Shown here in pieces: positions 25,713 through 40,287 of a DNA stretch of 64,000 nucleotides. The stretch is taken from positions 448,001 through 512,000 of the forward strand of contig CBDBCZ010000018.1 in the NCBI GenBank assembly GCA_965203295.1. Reading direction: 5' to 3'. The notes below the pieces were generated by a model. It was not told the DNA's origin, made no database searches, and saw only the letters and a program-made list of their open reading frames with translations. Positions within the stretch are counted from its first letter, which is position 1; every line of letters starts with the position of its first letter. Both the position numbers and the translations under genes were made by a program. Source of the DNA: Nitrospirales bacterium. Lineage in GTDB: Bacteria; Nitrospirota; Nitrospiria; Nitrospirales; UBA8639.

Positions 25713-26000
25713 CAGGTGCTGGCTGAACTTTCCACCCTTAGAGTCTGGCAAGAGTAATCAGTTTTATTTGTAGGTTTATATTATACCTCCACCTATAGCA
25801 TTACTCTTGGCAAATAAACATCACTAACGGCTACGCAGGTTGTTTCTTTGATGGAGTCAAGGCACGTACCACACCCTAGCCCAGACTTTGTGTTTAGCAT
25901 GTGTTAAACAAATATAGCCCGAAAAACAGTAGTCTTGTCTTTATCCGCTTTGTACAGCAAAGTCTTTTCGCCCTTTGCCGTGAAGACGGGCCAGTACTAG
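25713..26000. mobile_element. ~290-bp interspersed repeat (possible hAT-type MITE); truncated copies at ~21885, 23241, 35573 and 38055
   Basis: Five copies begin cagg(t)(g/a)ctggctgaacttt. Only this copy ends in gccagtactag, a weak inverted match to the start. Confidence 0.6.
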
Positions 26001-27551
26001 CTAATACATGGCTCTTTGCGTGGGTACGTTGCTACAATTTTCGAATTAGGGACGTCTACCTGATGTCTACCCTGCAGTTGCGCACGTGATAAAATCGACC
26101 AGGCCCCTCCCCTCCCAACAATGGTGTGTGAATAGCAAGCATCCACTCAAGAGTGCTCGTTATCACTGCTGCACTAATTCGAGTTCTTTGAAAACGCTAT
26201 GCCAAAAAGGCACTACCCGAGGGTAAATCATGCCCGTTCGTGTTGAAATCTTTCTAATTGCTATCACCTGTTATTGTGCTAGTCTGGATGAAAGAAGAGT
26301 TTGGTACTTCAGAAATATTCTTTAGCAGTGCTGACAGTCTGGTTTGTGATGACAACGCTTGAGAACAACTGGTAGGGCTCATATTAGCCCTAGACTACAC
26401 CTACAGCAGAGTTCTGAACATTTCATTTTATACACATTTAATGGAGACACCATTTTTTTAGGTGCCATCTCTACATATAGAGTACTGCCGTACTCCATGA
26501 TTAGGTTGTATCCACGCACAGTTTGTATCTGAGTTGTGTGATTAATCAAAGGTGATGTCACTTCTCCCATGAAAACTAGAAGAGCATCTCTATAATCCAA
26601 ATTCAATGCACTCCTTGAGTAGCACGTAGTTATAATACAACAAACATGGAAAAATACAATCTGTTAAAAAAGGGGCAAAAGGGTTTAAAGGGGGCTTGAA
26701 AAGGTTAACTTAATTAAAAAACTTCAAAAGGGAATGTGTTTGTATCACTGTATACATGCCACACAAAATAGATTAAGGGATCTAACCATAAACAACGGTA
26801 GCTTGAGTTACTACCTCAGTGCAGGTGGCTCTGTTTCTGTCCGTCAGCTTGCCAGCTTGATTCCTTCCCTACAGGTGCAGTGCCTGAGCAAGCCCTACCG
26901 GTGGAAAGAATCTCAAGTATGAATTTCAAATAGGTAATACATTTGTCTCATGCACGTGTCTCCCTTTCACACCCACGTGGGGCCGAGGACATCCCCTGTC
27001 AGCCAACCCCTATTTACACGCATTCCCTATAATAGTGTGGGGGACATGCACGTGTTCATCCTCCCCCTCCCCTGCCCACAGCTAAGCCTTATCTGCAGTC
27101 CTCATTGCTTTTTATTGTAAAATGGATGCATAAACAGATGCAAGCATAATTACTAATTACATATAATACTGCTGTAATTTTGTTTTCTTTTCCACAGATG
27201 GAGTGATATAAAGTGCTGAACTAAGGTTGTATTGTACATGCATGTGAAGGTCATATTTGTTTATTTTATTGATTAAGTCATCAGATCCACTTTGTCATTC
27301 AAGGATTGAAAATTGGGCTTGTACCAGAATTATTTACGACCCTGTGTCTTTAATGAATCACTAGCTATCATATAAATTTTAGCCGCAAACTCCCGGGACA
27401 TTGGAAACTGATTCTGGGCCAGAGTGTTCACACTAATTTCCTGAATAACATTAGGAAATTTGGAATACACAGATCATACCTTTATCTCTGCTCTTAGGAA
27501 TCATATTTTGCTCCACTTGTCATGATTGGTAGCCTGCAGGTAATATCATCA

Positions 27552-28345
27552 ATCAATACTTTAACGTTAGTTCTGTCCGTGTGTCTGTGCGTGCGTGCGT
27601 GAGTGTGTAACGGATGTGACGTCACTAATGAACCTCGATTGCGCGAGAAGGTCGTGGCGTCATTACACCGTACTCGCGCACTTTGGCCGCTCCATGTGTT
27701 GAAATCATGGGACATGTGAGACGCTCTGACAACCGACGGGATCATGACGGCCTCAAATGAGCACTTCGAGGGCACTCTATCACAAAGGTTAGTAGCTAGA
27801 TAGTCATGTAAGCATGCACAACTGTAGTAATCTGCTTAGTACGCTAGACAAACAAGGACAATGTGCATTAAATGGAGTCAGTGCCATTCGCCTGCATTCC
27901 TGTACATGTAGGCTATGGCTGTGAAGAGCTAGGCTTCGGTCCTAGCTTACCTGTTTTGTTTTGTAGTTCTTTGCAGTCTTTACTTAGAGTTTAGTTCTTT
28001 GCAGTCTTTACTTAGAGTTTACCACTGCCTCCACATGGCTCAGGCATAGGTTATATACGTACATTATCTCAATGTAGAGCTCTGTCAGGAACATGTCAGC
28101 TACACTATAGTCTACTGTCACATGGTAGATGCTCAACAAAGTGCTTTGGCTGTTGAAAGAACATGGTGTGCACACATGCTATGCACTTTTCCCACTGTGA
28201 TGGTCAATTTTCACCACAAAAGAAGTCAGCAGCACTACTGTCATTGGCTGATGCTAAATGTTCCATAATCACATCACATCGCATAGAAGTAGCACTTTTC
28301 ATTTCTATCCGTAGACAGAGCGAGCGAGTTCAAAAAGCGCAACTG
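27552..28345 (+). mobile_element. Interspersed repeat, probably a non-autonomous Helentron (HINE/DINE-1-like)
   Basis: Shares aatactttaacg.agttctgt..gtgtgt..aacggatgtgacgtc..ggcctcaaatgagcacttcgag..gagcgagcgagttcaa with 62900-63630 and, inverted, with ~51200-51600. Has a 5' microsatellite-like tract; the related copy has a 3' hairpin. Confidence 0.6.
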
Positions 28346-30267
28346 CTTGTATATATTACATGTACATGATTATACAGTATATTATAGCTTTGCAAATTGT
28401 TGTTTGTAGCACATCCCTAGACTAATTAGTATGGTACTTGCCTTCAAAGTCTGCATTGTTTGTAGCTATATACCCGTTTTTGCTGAATTTGAGCCTTGTA
28501 CCAAAGGCCGTGATGCAAACTGGAGGGCTTTGCATTTTTTTACGTAGCTACTCTTGTGATTGTAGTCACTCGTAAAAAGTGAGATATTTTCCTAATAATA
28601 AGAGTAGAATCACACAAAACATCAAAAGCAGCTGCTTTACAACTGTCAACCTCATCCTGGGGAATATGAGTATTGCCCTGCTGACATAGCAAGCATTGCT
28701 TGAATATTCTAGAGTCAGCGCCCCTGACAGGATGGCTTTCTGAGCTACAAGTCTAATTATTAGTAGTTGTCCCAATGTACTCTCACAATCGCCCTCAGAA
28801 GTCTTCTTTATAGACTAAGCGATTGGAAATCAACATTATCTCATGCATCTCACTGCAGGCTGTTGCAATGCAGACATAGCAGAGCGTTCAGACTTTAGTA
28901 ATTATTATTATTGTGTTAAGAACTAACCGCACTCCCAAGTGTAAAGACTTCGAGTGAACAGAGATGCGAGTGAGCATTGATACGGGTGAACGGAGAAACA
29001 CGTGTATATTACTACATTCTTAGGGGGATGCAAACCACGTACATATTACACTTGTGCTACCCAAATTTTTTCTCTAGGTTCTGATGGCTATGTAACTGCA
29101 GCTACGTTCAACGTACTACATATATACAGCCATTACCATATTATTTTATGTTAGCCATGTTCCCAAGTTTCCCTGCACAGTTCTTGTGCATGCAAGGGGA
29201 AGGCCTGAGGATGTATATTCTCCAGTGCATGAGACATAGCGGCTATGGATGCAGGAAGGCTGATTCTCTTGCTCTACCATCCGTATACAGCCATCTCAGC
29301 AATTTGAAGGCACCAATATTTCGATGGCTACACTAAGACAGAGAAGTATGCTGTATGCAGCGAGAGTGAGATTCTTTTTAAGTGTAGGGGGCAGTACATT
29401 GGTGGTAGCAAACTCTTAAACAGAAGGAATACGCTGGATATAAAGAGGAGCGATATTCACTGCTATCTTTTTCTATTTCACATTGCATCATGGGACCAAG
29501 AATGATGGTGGCCTTCTCGTGAGACGGATGCCAGTGCAACAACAGGACGGGGTGATAGACTATGATCTCTTCAATTGCATACCATGCCTCTCATGGAAAC
29601 AGCGTAGCTGCATTAAAGCTAGACCAACAGCAGCTGAGACAACAGTTATCTGCTTTGCAAAGCAGCAACCACAAGCAAGAGATAGCACGACTTGTGAAAA
29701 AGTATTCAAAGCTTTTATCTATAGCTGGTAGACTAACATGTATTACTCTGTAGTGGTGAGCAATACTATGACACTATATTACTGTAGGCTATAGCTATTG
29801 CACAGCAACACCCAAGCTAGCCACAAGGGGCACCGTTGAAACGTCACTGAGAGTCCTGACCCTATTTAATGCACATCCGGTCAGGGCTAGGCTTGTCTAG
29901 TAGTTAGTTTTATTCATTTATCTACACTTACAGGACTACATACCATTGAATTCGCGCTTGAGACTATCCATTGGCCAAGAGCTAAGCAGTAGTAGCCGTG
30001 CAACCAGTTCCATGCATGAGTTCCATTCGCTCGCCAATTACCACGCGCACGCGCTATAATTATACGCGTAGTCTTACTCGCATAATTTTCATTGCGAGAT
30101 AGTTAGCGTCAAAATGGCTGCCACTCGAAAGGCGGTAGAAGAATTCTCACCGATATCTCAGCAACGAAGAGAGTGCGGAACTTTTCCATTGTTAGTTTTC
30201 CTAGAAATGATCCATATATCACTAAAAGAAGGTTTGTTAATCTGTAGAGGCCACGAGTGTCGCTGTG

Positions 30268-30304
<37 letters not shown>

Positions 30305-30337
30305 TTTCCTCAAATATCTTTACACTTGGGAGTGTAT

Positions 30338-30720
30338 CATAAACATCAGCCCAGTGAAGTGTTTCAAGTGGTTGCTAAAATAACTCAAGGTGAAAGGACA
30401 CAATTCTTTCCAATGAGTAACTCATGCATGGTACATGTATAGGTGAAGTAATTCTATCCCATGGGTTACTCGTGAGAATTTACAACATTTACTGGTGTGG
30501 GCACCTGAACTTCCACCTGGAAATAGGCAGATATATGAAACCATGCACTGTGCACCCCAGCAATGCCAGGTACCCATTACAGCTGGGTGGGGTGGTGTGT
30601 ACTTGTGACATGAGATGGTATAATCACACCAAATGAAAGAATAGACAGTCACAGGCGGGATTCCCACCACCAACCCCCCTTGGGTTGTGAGTCCAGTGCT
30701 CTAACCACTACCCCGTCGTG

Positions 30721-30722
<2 letters not shown>
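30338..30722 (-). mobile_element. tRNA-derived SINE (degenerate tRNA-like head plus Nin/Deu-like central domain)
   Basis: Minus strand: gtcacgacggggtagtggttagagcactggactcacaacc...gggaatcccgcctgtgac (A box and degenerate B box; 5' and 3' ends pair), followed by cacccagctgtaatgggtacctgg. Confidence 0.7.
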
Positions 30723-30859
<137 letters not shown>

Positions 30860-31663
30860 ATAGATGATATACTTCCGTATAATCTATGCACACACGCACA
30901 CACATATGCAGATTACTGTATGCTGTGCATGCACAAGGAGGGTTAACAGCAGCAGGTGGGTTACTTTGATCTGGTGGTTGACACATGTTGCTAAGCATCT
31001 CTTGTTGAGGCAAGACTAATTACTACTAACTAGATCATGTAGACTGGCCACAGTAATATCATGGCTTCTAAGTGAGGTATGACTGTCTAAACTTGAGCCA
31101 CTCTGCTTTTCATGCATGCCAGTATCTTTTTTTGTCAGTCTTTGCTAAGTCTCACCGCGTGGGTAAGTCTTATCGTGTTAGACTACATGAATAAACTTTA
31201 AAGTTTTCTCTCAGGTGAACAGCCAATGCAGACAACAGACTACCACCATAGTAAGCATGGAGTTTAGATCGCACCGTAAGGGCTGTGGCGATTACTTAAA
31301 TCATATCTTTACAAGAGGGGAAAAACCTAATGCGCAATGACACTATACATAGTCTGTGAACAGCCCCACTGTAACAGACACGCCAAGACGTATATAGTCT
31401 CCTGCCCAGTCCACATGAGACTAGCCAAGACAGTGAATGAGCCTAGAAGCTGGCTCATCAAATTTTGCAGAATCCATATAATAACGGTCACTTTGTGCGG
31501 CCTCCGTCAAGCTTAATTGCATGCTGATAACTGCTACTAAATACGATAACTGAATCAGTTAGATCACAGATAAGTAGTTGGTTAGATCTGCTTGGAAGAG
31601 CTTGCGACAGGCTTCTAGGAGCGGTGACTGTGTATCTGGCGTACTAACCCCGCTGCAGCAAAC

Positions 31664-32573
31664 ATGAAGGTCTTGGTCATTGTGGTGGTTCTGGGATTCC
31701 TGGCCGCATCTGTACGTAGCGACGTGACGAGCGACGAGTGCCAAATTTGCCTGCAAGTGTGTTCGCAAACATGCGTAGCTCTCAGTTGTCTGGTCTGCTC
31801 AACAGTTTGTGCTGTGGAGTGCGCAAAAATGGTAGGTTCGATATTCGCCAAAGCTAGTTGCGTGCGTATATTATTATGCTTGCTTGCATGCAAACTTGTA
31901 CGTCGTCCTATTAGTGGTAGCGGGAAGTTTGCCTTGGGTAGATTTTATACGGCCGTGCGCATTATTTTCGCAAAAAGCCTGTTAACGGCTGCGGGAAAAA
32001 CTCGACGGCTTTTTTTTTTTTCTAGCGCCAGTTTAATGTCAAAAGAAAACGAGTAGTGAACAGTGAGTGAGAGAGCGAGGGAAAGCCAGAGGGAGGGAGG
32101 GAGGGTGAGTGGGAGGGAGGGTGAGAGGGTGAGAGACTCTCGGATCCGCCTATATTGCCGCGCCGTCGAATAGCTACAGCATGCATGCAGCGCGCTGCTG
32201 AAAGTGTGTAAATTTAAAGTGTGTACACTGACAATATGTGTAACCGCACCACTACATACTAGATGCCGGTGAATTTCTATACTGACTCCTCATTTTACTT
32301 GTATTTATAGAGAGCTACCATGCAGATTGAGAATGGAGAGCTAATGGAATACCCTCATGATTTAAGTAAGTTCATTAGAGATGGCTTGAACAGAGTAATG
32401 TGTAACGATGAAATCAATGTGCTGGCACTGAGTGCATAAAGACTCCTCATTTCTATTCAGGAATGGCTGAGCTGCTCTTGATTAATTATGGATATCGGCC
32501 AGAAGTCAAGTACATGCAGTGGCCACGGCGCGGGAGGAGACAAATGCACCAGGTACAGAAAGTTACCTTGTAG
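31664..32573 (+). CDS. Secreted cysteine-rich peptide precursor, copy 1; exons 31664-31831, 32311-32365, 32461-32573 (111 aa; true 3' end less certain)
   Basis: MKVLVIVVVLGFLAASVRS-DVTSDECQICLQVCSQTCVALSCLVCSTVCAVECAKM|RATMQIENGELMEYPHDL|RMAELLLINYGYRPEVKYMQWPRRGRRQMHQVQKVTL*. Hydrophobic signal, Kozak-like aaacATG, canonical GT/AG sites conserved in copy 2, and coding indels between the copies are 6 nt (frame-preserving). Confidence 0.8.
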
Positions 32574-35500
32574 CAGTGGTGTTCACTACTACTTACGTCT
32601 CCCAGTACAAGGCTGCCTGTACTGTGAACAACTTAATTAAGAACATCTCATTGCCTATAGCTACTACAGAGATTTTTACAGCACTAATTCTGAATTGCTT
32701 TGCATTCTTAAGAGTATGTACATGAATTTGAAGCCCTAGCAAGTGTCTCAGGCTAGCCAAATTTTGGCCACAGGGATAGTCAGGCAAGTGACTATCACAA
32801 CCTATGAATAGTTTTGGTGTTTCAGGGACTACATCACTGAAGCTTTTGAAGTTTCATCTAGCAATGTATGGAGAAACAAATTTATGTACTGTATTCAACA
32901 CTAAAATTCACAGTTGTTGAGTTTATAGGAGAATATTTGCAGCATGCCACTAGCTATGCCAAAAAGCATCCCTCCCTAGTAAATGTTTATAGGTTATGAC
33001 AGCTACCCTACCAGAACTTAGCTCCGAAGTTTTGTGCCCATACTAGAATGTCAATATATCAAGATTAATTACATGCATGTAGCTAATCATATAATATTGC
33101 AGAAATGGTGCTGTGAATAATGAGCAGCTTTGTTACAGGTAGTGAAATATTGTGGTAATTGAACTGCTTGAGGTCACCAAACTGTGTTCTGGGTATCCCA
33201 CCACCTTAATCCAGTTGCCACAATAGCGCTTCAGCTGGTTTAATAACATGTACATTGCCATATATGGGTAAAGGGGTCCCAACCTTGGATGACGCACTAA
33301 CCAAACAGATAGAATTTTATTATGTAAAAGTGTCGTCTAATGCAGTGATGAAGGAAACAAGCAAGGATGGTTATGTGCAGTGTATTATATGTAGTTGTAT
33401 TATTTTCCACAGTGAATCATCTGGTGATGGTGAAGTGCAATATGAAGACAGTTAGGACATGGTGTAGTGAATTGGTTGTATTTGTTATGTTGTAGCTAGC
33501 TACACGTATACACACACCTGTTTGCAAGACAATATAATACTGCTCTTTACTTTGAGATATACAATATTTAATAACCACACAGGCTATGCTGTGTAACAGT
33601 GTGCATGCAGATATAACAGCGCTGCCTGTGCATGTGAATATGACATGTATAAGTATCCCGTTCCCAGATCTATTGAGTATATCTGTGTTATTCAATGCTG
33701 GGAAACCGTCATGATCATGGACATTGATGAGTTCGACATTGAGTCCTCAAATTGACATCTAATGATAGCATTGGATGTGTGGATGATGGATCACGTGCGT
33801 GTTAGTGGAGATTCACTGCTGCTATCTCCCAAGTACATGTAGCTATAACTGTCATCCATACTTCACAGCATGCAAGAGACAGAGCCTGATAACTCTACAC
33901 ACCTTATACTAGTGACGGTGAGTTAGATTCCGTCTCTAAACAAAGTATTATTATGAAGTGGACAAGCAAAAATTTCAATAAAGTGGCCCCCGACTAGCAT
34001 GTACAAGAAACTTCATAATAATCATTGTTATATATTTATACATAGTGTGGTCTCACGTCAATGCTCAAGTCAAAGTGTGGACATTCTCATGGTCAAGGAA
34101 AAAATGCATATCCATTGAAAAGTAAGGAATGAAAAGACGGTCAAGATGTTGATTCTGGGATAGGATTGGAGTTGTAATACACAAACTGTACAAGCGGCAT
34201 GTAGTATCTGCCCACCACCCAGGAAGTGAGGAATCTTCACCATAATATATTTTCTACCATACTATCATACCATCCAGGTGAAGTAAACTTATAACTAAAG
34301 CGCATGGAGCAACTCGAGAAATAAAATTCGAACAGCTCAGGCCTACTTCATAGATGTGTGCTCAATTTCCATACTTGCGTGCTGAACTCTCCATAGATGT
34401 GTGATCATCAGCACGCATCTATGGAGGTTCAACGCGCATCTGTAAAGGAGGTTTCGCACACAACTATGGCAGTTCTTTTGATGTGACATAGGCAAAACAG
34501 ATGCTCTTTGTTCATCTCCATATACTATGTACAACTTTCATGCATATAAGCCTCCATAGATGTGTGCTGAACTTCCATAAAAGCGTGATCATCAGCACGC
34601 ATCTATTGAGGAGGTTCAGCACACAACTACGGAAGTTCACTTGATGTGGCATAGGCAAAATGCGTACTGAACCTCCATAGATGTGTGCTGATCAGCATGT
34701 ATCTATGGAGGTTCAGTACACAACTATGGCAGTTCATTTATATGTGACAGGCAAAATAGAGGCTCTTTGTTCATCTCCACACACATACCGTAGAGTATGT
34801 ATCAAGCACCCATGGGATCGAGAACCTTGGAATGCCGTGGAGAGGGTGGGCGCTTACTATGTATTTGTCCGCAAACGGCATGATTGTAGTATCTGCCCAC
34901 CACCCTGGAAGTGAGGAATCTTCACCATAATATCATACCATCCAAGTGAAGTAAACTTATAACTAAAGCGCATTGAGCGAACTTCAACAGTAAAATTCGA
35001 TCTTTAGTGTGCTTTAGTTGGAATACCGGAGTAGCTACATTGTATATTACATAAGCTTCAATAGTTGGCTAATTAAAGAGGGCTATACTACCTTTTTCCT
35101 CATTTTGCATTGTGCATTTGCAAAGTGTTAGAGTGGGCAGATACTACCAAAAAGTTAACGCTGAAGAGGGGGGTGGGTGCTTAAACATGGTGGGCGCTTG
35201 ATATGTACTCTACGGTATGTACAACGTTCATGCATGCTAAGCCTCCATAGATGCGTGCTGAACTTCCATACTTGCGTGCTGAACCTCCATAGAAGTGTGA
35301 TCCATCAGCACGCATCTATGGAGGAGTTCAGCACAACTATGGTAATTCATTTTATGATGTGACATCTCCATACACGCATGTGCGACCCTGCATACTAAGT
35401 TTCCATAGATGTGTGCTGAACCTCCACAGATGCGTGCTAATCAGCATGTATCTATGAAGGTTCAGCACACACTATGGCAGTTCATTTTTATGTGACAGGC

Positions 35501-38500
35501 AAAACAGATGCTTTTTGTTCATCTTATACACGTATGTACAACGTTCATGCATACTAAGCCTCCATACATATACCAGGTGCTGGCTGAGCTTTCAACTTTC
35601 AGAGTCTGGCAAGAGTAATCGGTTTTATTTGTACGATTATATTATACCTCCACCTATAGCATTCCTCTTGGCAAATAAACATCACTAACGGCTACGCAGA
35701 AAGTTCTTTGATGGAGTCAAGGTACGTGCCACACCCTAGCCCAGACTTTGTGTTTAGCACGTGTTAAATAGAGATAGCCTGAAAAACAGTAGTCTTGTCT
35801 TTATCCGCTTTGTACAGCAGTCTTTTCACCCTTTGCCGTGAAGCTTAGTATGCATGGTCGTACATACGTGTATGGAGATGAACAAAAAGAATCTGTTTTA
35901 CCTGTCACATCATCAGCACGCATCTATGGAGGGTCAGCACGCATCTAGGGAGGTTTAGCACACATCTATGGAGGTGAACTGCCATACTTGCGTGCTGAAC
36001 CTCCATAGATGTGTAATCATTAGCATGCATCTATGGAGGTTCAGCACACAACTATGGCAGTTCATCTTTATGTGACAGGTAAAACAGATGCTCTTTGTTA
36101 ATCTCTATACACGTATGTACGATGTTCATGCATACTATGCTTCCATAGATGCGTGCTGATCAGCACGTATCTATGGAGGTTCAGCAGGCACCCATGGAAG
36201 TTCGGAATGCAAATATGGAGGTTCAGCACACTACTATGGCAGTTCATTTTTAACTTATTGCGCGCGGGAAGCCACTTAAGTTGGTACCAGCCAGATTATC
36301 AATACACGGTACATAGTCTTAGATAGAGCGCTTGCAAGATTGAGTCCTAAGGCTTTTAGTAGCCGTGCTCAATACCCGGACGATCTATCTAGCCACTCTA
36401 CATCACCATAAGCTTCACTGAAAGCTTCTAGCTACCACGCTAAGGGTTGCTAGTACACTCAACGCTTACCGTCTACACTTCCGGTTCAGAACAGCTGGAA
36501 AATTAATGTAGCTACTGGCTTCGTTTGCGTCGATATAGAGACCACACATACCCTTTTACAGCTGGGAGTCGCCAATAGCGGTTTTGTCTACTAATCACTC
36601 GCAGCACGTTCTACTCCAAAGCAAATGACACGCACGAGGTAAATTTATTTGCGCACGGTGTAATTTTTGCGTGCAGTGAGTTAAGATGTGACATAGGCAA
36701 AACAGATGCATGCTCTTTGTTCATCTCCATACGTGTATGTACGACGTTCGTGCGTGCTGAACCTTCATAGATCTTTGCCAGCTGCAGTTTTACAAAGGCC
36801 ATAACAGATGCTCTTTGGTCACCACGCGCGTACAAACCATGACAAGCATTTGCTTGTAGTTTGACAACACCAACACAGATATAAAAGTGTTTTCTTGTAG
36901 CGCTGAATAGTTTAGGCCTTGAGCAAGCCGCAGAGGAGTGGTCTGATTACTGATTAGAAAAAGTACCAGACATTTTAAAATATATACACTGCCAATCAAT
37001 AATACTGAATAAAGTAAAAAGCCCAAGATGGTCGGTTTTAGCTGAGAGGGTCACATGTAGATGCCTGCAATATAATAAACCTATGCGAAGCGCTCATTTA
37101 CAGGCTTACATACGTGTTTACGCTTATATTAGCCTTTGGCATAGGGAAATCCCCTCCTATGGTCATACACTTGTTTGACCATACCTCTGTGATGTAACTG
37201 CCAAACACTACACTCATACCCTTAGTACACTAAATTGACAATTATGATGTGTAGATAGATCGCATGAGTGACATTACAATCGCATGCAATGAGTTAAACC
37301 ACTGCATTGAGTCCACTATTGAGTCCACTATGAATAGTCAGGTTCTTTCACTTTATATACTGTATAATATTGTTCAATGTCTTCAAGGCTATCGACAGAG
37401 AGGTCCTTCTATGCATGGCGCAAGGGGATTGACTACAGTGTAGTAGTCTCCTTCAGGGCATGGCAATACAATGCAGAGACACAGCTTCAAATGCCAAAGC
37501 ACAGAAAAGCACAGATAGAAGCAAAGTGGTATTTATTCCAATGGATCTAAATAGTGCTTCCGCTTTAAGTTGCTGTCCTTGAGTGGAGTAGCCCAAGTTT
37601 GTTGTCCAGTCGGAGATCACTAATCCTCTGTCTCTGTTAATATTTGAGTGGGATTTCCATCAAATTCTAGCCCTAGCATTAACCTTTAACGTAATGCCAT
37701 ACTGTAAGGGTCAAAGTCTTGATCAGCCAACTTACCAGAAATTGACAAAATAGCACTGGTAGGAGCACATTACCAGGAATTGACAAAATAGCACTGGTAG
37801 AAGCACATAATGTCATAGAAAAACCAAAGAGAGTATAGGTGCTAGAAGCTTCAACCTGAGAGATCCCACAGCAGCTCTGTTACTATTTTGGGCATACACA
37901 TGCTACAGTCTGCTAGCTTGTGGGTGGCTTGAAACAAGTTACAGCCTTCTAGTAAAGTGACACTATACCCTACAATGATCAGCGATTCCAACAAGGTTGC
38001 CTACAACTCTTAAGACATCAAACCCAACGGTGATTACTGCCATGTTTGACTAAACAGGTGCTGGCTGAACTTTCCACCCTTAGAGTCTGGCAAGAGTAAT
38101 CAGTTTTATTTGTAGGTTTATATTATACCTCCACCTATAGCATTACTCTTGGCAAATAAACATCACTAACGGCTACGCAGGTTGTTTCTTTGATGGAGTC
38201 AAGGCACGTACCACACCCTAGCCCAGACTTTGTGTTTCGGTCACAACTAGAATACGATAGAGGCCGGGCATATACGGACTCTGGTCACGTGCTCATATTG
38301 GCACTCAGTCACGCCCACCACTTCCCATAGGATGTACAGATATATACGCGTACACGAGCGCTGTACACTCTGCGTGCGGATACACAGCCAGTGATGTACA
38401 TGTACACTTTGCCAACTACTCGATCAGCCCAGTCTGCAGTCCTGCCAGCTCCAAGTTGTGAATTATGCACCGCGGGGTATGTCTCTGCTAGAGACTTCTA

Positions 38501-38520
38501 GTTATTATTGTCTTGTGTTA

Positions 38521-38894
38521 CATAAACATCAGCCCAGTGAAGTGTTTCAAGTGGTTGCTAAAATAACTCAAGGTGAAAGGACACAATTCCTTCCAATGAG
38601 TAACTCATGGTATAGGTGATGTAATTCTATCTCATGGGTTACTGGTGAGAATTTTACAAGATTTACTGGTGTGGGCACCTGAAGGTCCACCTGGAAATAG
38701 GCAGATACATGAGAGCATGCAATGTGCACCCCAGCAATGCCAGGTACCCATTACAGCTGGGTGGGGTGGTGTGTACTTGTGACATGAGATGGTAATCACA
38801 CCAAATGAAAGAATAGACAGTCACAGGCGGGATTCCCACCACCAACCCCCCTTGGGTTGTGAGTCCAGTGCTCTAACCACTACACCGTCGTGAC
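38521..38894 (-). mobile_element. tRNA-derived SINE, duplicate of 30338-30722
   Basis: Same head and central domain; adjoins (CA)n. Confidence 0.7.
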
Positions 38895-38901
38895 ACCCAC
38901 C

Positions 38902-39039
<138 letters not shown>

Positions 39040-40287
39040 ATAGATGATATACTTCCATATAATCTATGCACACATGCAGATTACTGTATAGCCCTTGCTG
39101 TGCATGAGCAAGGAGGGTTAACAACAGCAGGTGGGTTACTTTGATCTGGTGGTGCACACATGTTGCTAAGCATCTCTTGTTGAGGCAAGACTAATTACTA
39201 CTAACTAGATCATGTATACTGGCCACAGTAATATCATGGCTTCTAAGCGAGGTATGACTGTCTAAACTTTTAGCCATGCAGGCTTCCTCTCCAGATTTTA
39301 TCACCTGGGAAAAAAAATCTTAGGGCCACCTGAGCCAGGGAGTCTGGGGAGACTTGGGCCACTCCACTTTTCATGCATGCAGATTATTAGTATTTTTTCG
39401 TCAGCCTTTGCTAAGTTTCATCGCGTGAGTAAGTCTTATCGCGTTAGACTACAGGAATCAACTTCTAGAGTTTTCTCTCAGGTGAACAGCCAATGCAGAC
39501 AACCGACTACAAACACAAAAGTAATCTTTTCTCCAGTATGAGTTTGAGAACACATCAAAACAGATATCAAAAATGTGAATTTGGCTAAAATAACATGCAG
39601 TTACATATTGATCACCGTTTTGAGTGAGATTTCCGGCATGATGTTTACTGTCAGTGTCCACCCCTTCAGTGCTACCGGGAACAAATTTTTTACTACCCCA
39701 TGTGCAGAATTTTGCAAATTGGTTGTCCACAGGAGAGGGGAAATAGGAAGTGACTCTCAAGCATAATTACGTCAGGTTGTCAAAATCAAAGGCTACCTCC
39801 CATTTTTCTATTGCACTGGATAACCAACCTGCAAACCTCTGTAGCTAGCTGCTATCATGTACATTAGCCAACCACCATAGTAAGCATGGATTTTAGATTG
39901 CACCGTAAGGGCGATTACTTAAATCATATCTTTACGAGAGGGGACAAACCTAATGCACAATGACACTATACATAGTCTGTGAACAGCCCCACTGTAACAG
40001 ACAATATATGCCAAGACGTATATAGTCTCCTGCCCAGACCACATGAGACTAGCCAAGACAGTGAACGAGCCTAGAAGCTGGCTCATCAAATTTTGCAGAA
40101 TCCATATAACGGCCACTTTGTGCGGCCTCTGACAATCTTAATTGCATGCTGATAACTTATACAAAATACGATAATTGAATCAGTTAGATAACAGATACAG
40201 TAGTTGGTTAGATCTGATCGGAAGAGCTTGCGACAGGCTACTCGTAGCGGTGACTGTATCTGGCGCTCTAACCCCGCTGCAGCAAAC

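Noticed and set aside
26873..27211. Orphan plus-strand exon-like pieces (ctacag|gtgcag..., ccacag|atggagtga)
   Set aside because: Too short, and no upstream exons could be linked.
31832..32056. C-terminal part of the 130-aa ORF 31664-32056 (and of 40204-40533)
   Set aside because: Read-through of intron 1: the two copies go out of frame after the shared gtaggt donor, whereas the spliced exons stay in frame.
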